This document shows, in pieces, positions 62,213 through 64,000 of a stretch of 64,000 nt of DNA (the stretch's first letter is position 1; each line of letters opens with the position of its first letter). Location of the stretch: contig OZ316898.1 in NCBI GenBank assembly GCA_973895155.1, positions 11,927,187 to 11,991,186 of the forward strand, in the 5' to 3' direction. Made by a program: the position numbers and the translations under genes. The notes under the pieces were generated by a model. It searched no databases, had not been told where the DNA came from, and saw only the letters and a program-made list of their open reading frames with translations. The DNA comes from Marsupella aquatica. Its lineage: Eukaryota > Plantae > Marchantiophyta.

Positions 62213-64000
62213 ATGTCGGTGGAATCTGCTTTGGCCGCCTCAAAGGGATTTCATATCACAGTTCCACGTAAGTATGATTCAACAATTGATGCAAGTTAGT
62301 CTTTGAAGGGTCGCTCCAGGAGCGACCCAACTTTGTTGTTGGTTGGACGTTGATTTAAGTTTTCCTAGGGTCGCTCCAGGAGCGACCCAACTTTGTTGTT
62401 GGTTGGACGTTGATTTAAGTTTTCCTAGGGTCGCTCCAGGAGCGACCCAACTTTGTTGTTGGTTGGACCTTGATTTAAGTTTTCCTAGGGTCGCTCCAGG
62501 AGCGACCCAACTTTGTTGTTGGTTGGACCTTGATTTAAGTTTTCCTAGGGTCGCTCTAGGAGCGACCCAACTTTGTTGTTGGTTGGACCTTGATTTAAGT
62601 TTTCCTAGGGTCGCTCCAGGAGCGACCCAACCCACATGTTTGTTGATGCAGACCTTGTCTCCAGCTCGCTCTAGGGGCGAGGCAACACAGAAGATCTCTT
62701 GCTTTAATGTTTGTCATTTCAATTTGTTTTGCCAGGAGAACAACTTGGATCCCCAGAGTTAAATATTATGGCCGAGGATGTCAAGGACTTTATTTTCCCT
62801 GGACAAGATAAGGCAGGATTCTCGTGGGCACTTGAAGTAGGGATCATGGAGAATGACTTGTCGATGATTTGTATCAAGGCAATCACTGCTGAGACAATGA
62901 ACGACAAGAAGATAGTTGCGTTGGGCCCTGTGGTCCTTGTAAATTGCAGTGATAACCGCAATGTTACAATCATTATTGAATCCAGAGAAAGATCTCAGTG
63001 GATGAGACTTTACTTGCCAATCAAGATGTACTCGTCAATTATCAACGTGGAGTGGATAGCACGCTCGGAGGCTAGTATTTGTTCAATGGGATTTCTTCCA
63101 GATGGGTTCACTATAGAGGATGTTCTTGAGAGGCATGGAAGATTCAAATTGAGTGGGGTTGATGTTGTCTTTGGATTCCTCTCTGTGAAGCGGTACATGC
63201 ATGATCATCCGGACCTTATAGATCTTCCTAACACATGGGTTGTCCAGAGGATGATTGAAAGAGCACGCTTTTCATATGAGCAAGCAATTGATAAGAGTTT
63301 TATTTTCTCTGATGAGTTTGACGAAGATGCTTGCATGAAGTGGATTTCAACTCAAAAGAAGAAGGAAGAAAAGCATCGAGGTAAGGGGAAGATGAAGATG
63401 AAGGCCAAAGAAATGACGTCGGCTGAAACACAGAAGAAGAGAAAACAAAGAGAGCCAAGGAGTGAAGGAAGTACTAGAGGAAAAAAGGCGGCGTTGAAGG
63501 ACTCCGACAAGAAGCCCAAGAAGAAGGCCAAGATTGGAAAATCAAAGCCCGTGTCAGCGTCAAAAGCAAGGTTGGTCTTGGATCCGGAGGATGATACATG
63601 CCCAACAGATGCACCAGAGGAACGAGATGTATTGGAGGGGCAGAAAGCTTTGCAGAACATCGAGCAATACTACACTTTTGGAATCAGGGAGGTTTTTGAA
63701 ATCCCGGTTAAAAGTATTCTTCCGCCTACTGCAGTTTTTGTGTATCGGATGTTCAACCAGGCTCATGCCTTAGAGATAGCAAAATCAATGATGAAAAACC
63801 CTGGCCAGGAACCACATGTTGCAGATTTGATTCCATTTCTAGAGCGCACTAAGCAGTTGTTATATTTTGACAATACCGCACGCGATCAGAAGCAATTTTT
63901 GTTTGGTGTTAAGAAGCAAGAGATACAATTTCTTGCAATCAGTGGGCAACATTCCGCAAAGGCTGCACAATGGATTCAAGGGTGGGCAGACAAGGATGCC
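62213..64000 (+). CDS. Transposon-associated protein with a Lys-rich linker and a putative ParB/Srx-like domain (3'-partial)
   Basis: Exon 62213-62267 (MSVESALAASKGFHITVP, gtaagt donor) joins in frame to 62736-64000. The frame is open for 411 codons from ATG 62768 to the window edge. C-terminal part reads YRMFNQAHALEIAKSM..P..ADLIP..FLAISGQHSAKAA. Confidence 0.7.
62308..62630. repeat. 60-bp tandem repeat with six 21-bp palindromes GGGTCGCTCC-A-GGAGCGACCC
   Basis: Palindromes start at 62308, 62368, 62428, 62488, 62548 (one C>T) and 62608, inside the predicted intron 62268-62735. Confidence 0.95.

Larger units (their letters stand above)
55900..64000. mobile_element. Large DNA transposon (Sola-like transposase plus accessory genes); left end approximate, right end beyond the window
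   Basis: Divergent intron-poor genes around repeat arrays that share one motif. Termini and TSD could not be confirmed. Confidence 0.6.

Noticed and set aside
62279-62762. CRISPR-like look of the 60-bp palindromic array, and its repetitive ORFs
   Set aside because: The 'spacers' are near-identical, there are no cas genes and the context is eukaryotic. It is a tandem repeat in a predicted intron, and the ORFs are repeat artefacts.

Overview
Eukaryotic plant nuclear DNA with GT-AG introns; gene style and TE content suggest a bryophyte/liverwort, which is an inference. Host genes: the 3' part of a P1B-2 Zn/Cd ATPase with a long His/Cys tail, a cytosolic pyruvate kinase, a peroxisomal dienoyl-CoA isomerase (DCI1-like), a free-standing AlaX-type tRNA editing protein and a two-qRRM hnRNP F/H-like protein. 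Much of the rest is mobile DNA. (1) An 11.3-kb hAT element (24172-35507, 8-bp TSD CTGCCAAG) carries a protein kinase gene, a coiled-coil/RING gene and an array of about 5 miRNA-precursor-like hairpins; it inserted 21 bp upstream of the AlaX start codon. (2) A large DNA transposon from about 56 kb to the window end has a Sola-like DDD transposase, a triple Tnp1/En/Spm-like domain ORF and a divergent ParB/Srx-like ORF that is missing from the ORF track; that ORF's first intron holds an array of 21-bp palindromes. (3) Smaller elements: a tRNA-derived SINE, two CRE-like non-LTR fragments, a Helitron remnant, a TTAA-flanked TIR element, and a mosaic of GSK3 and TOC34 exon fragments. All family assignments come from motif recognition by eye; no database search was run.
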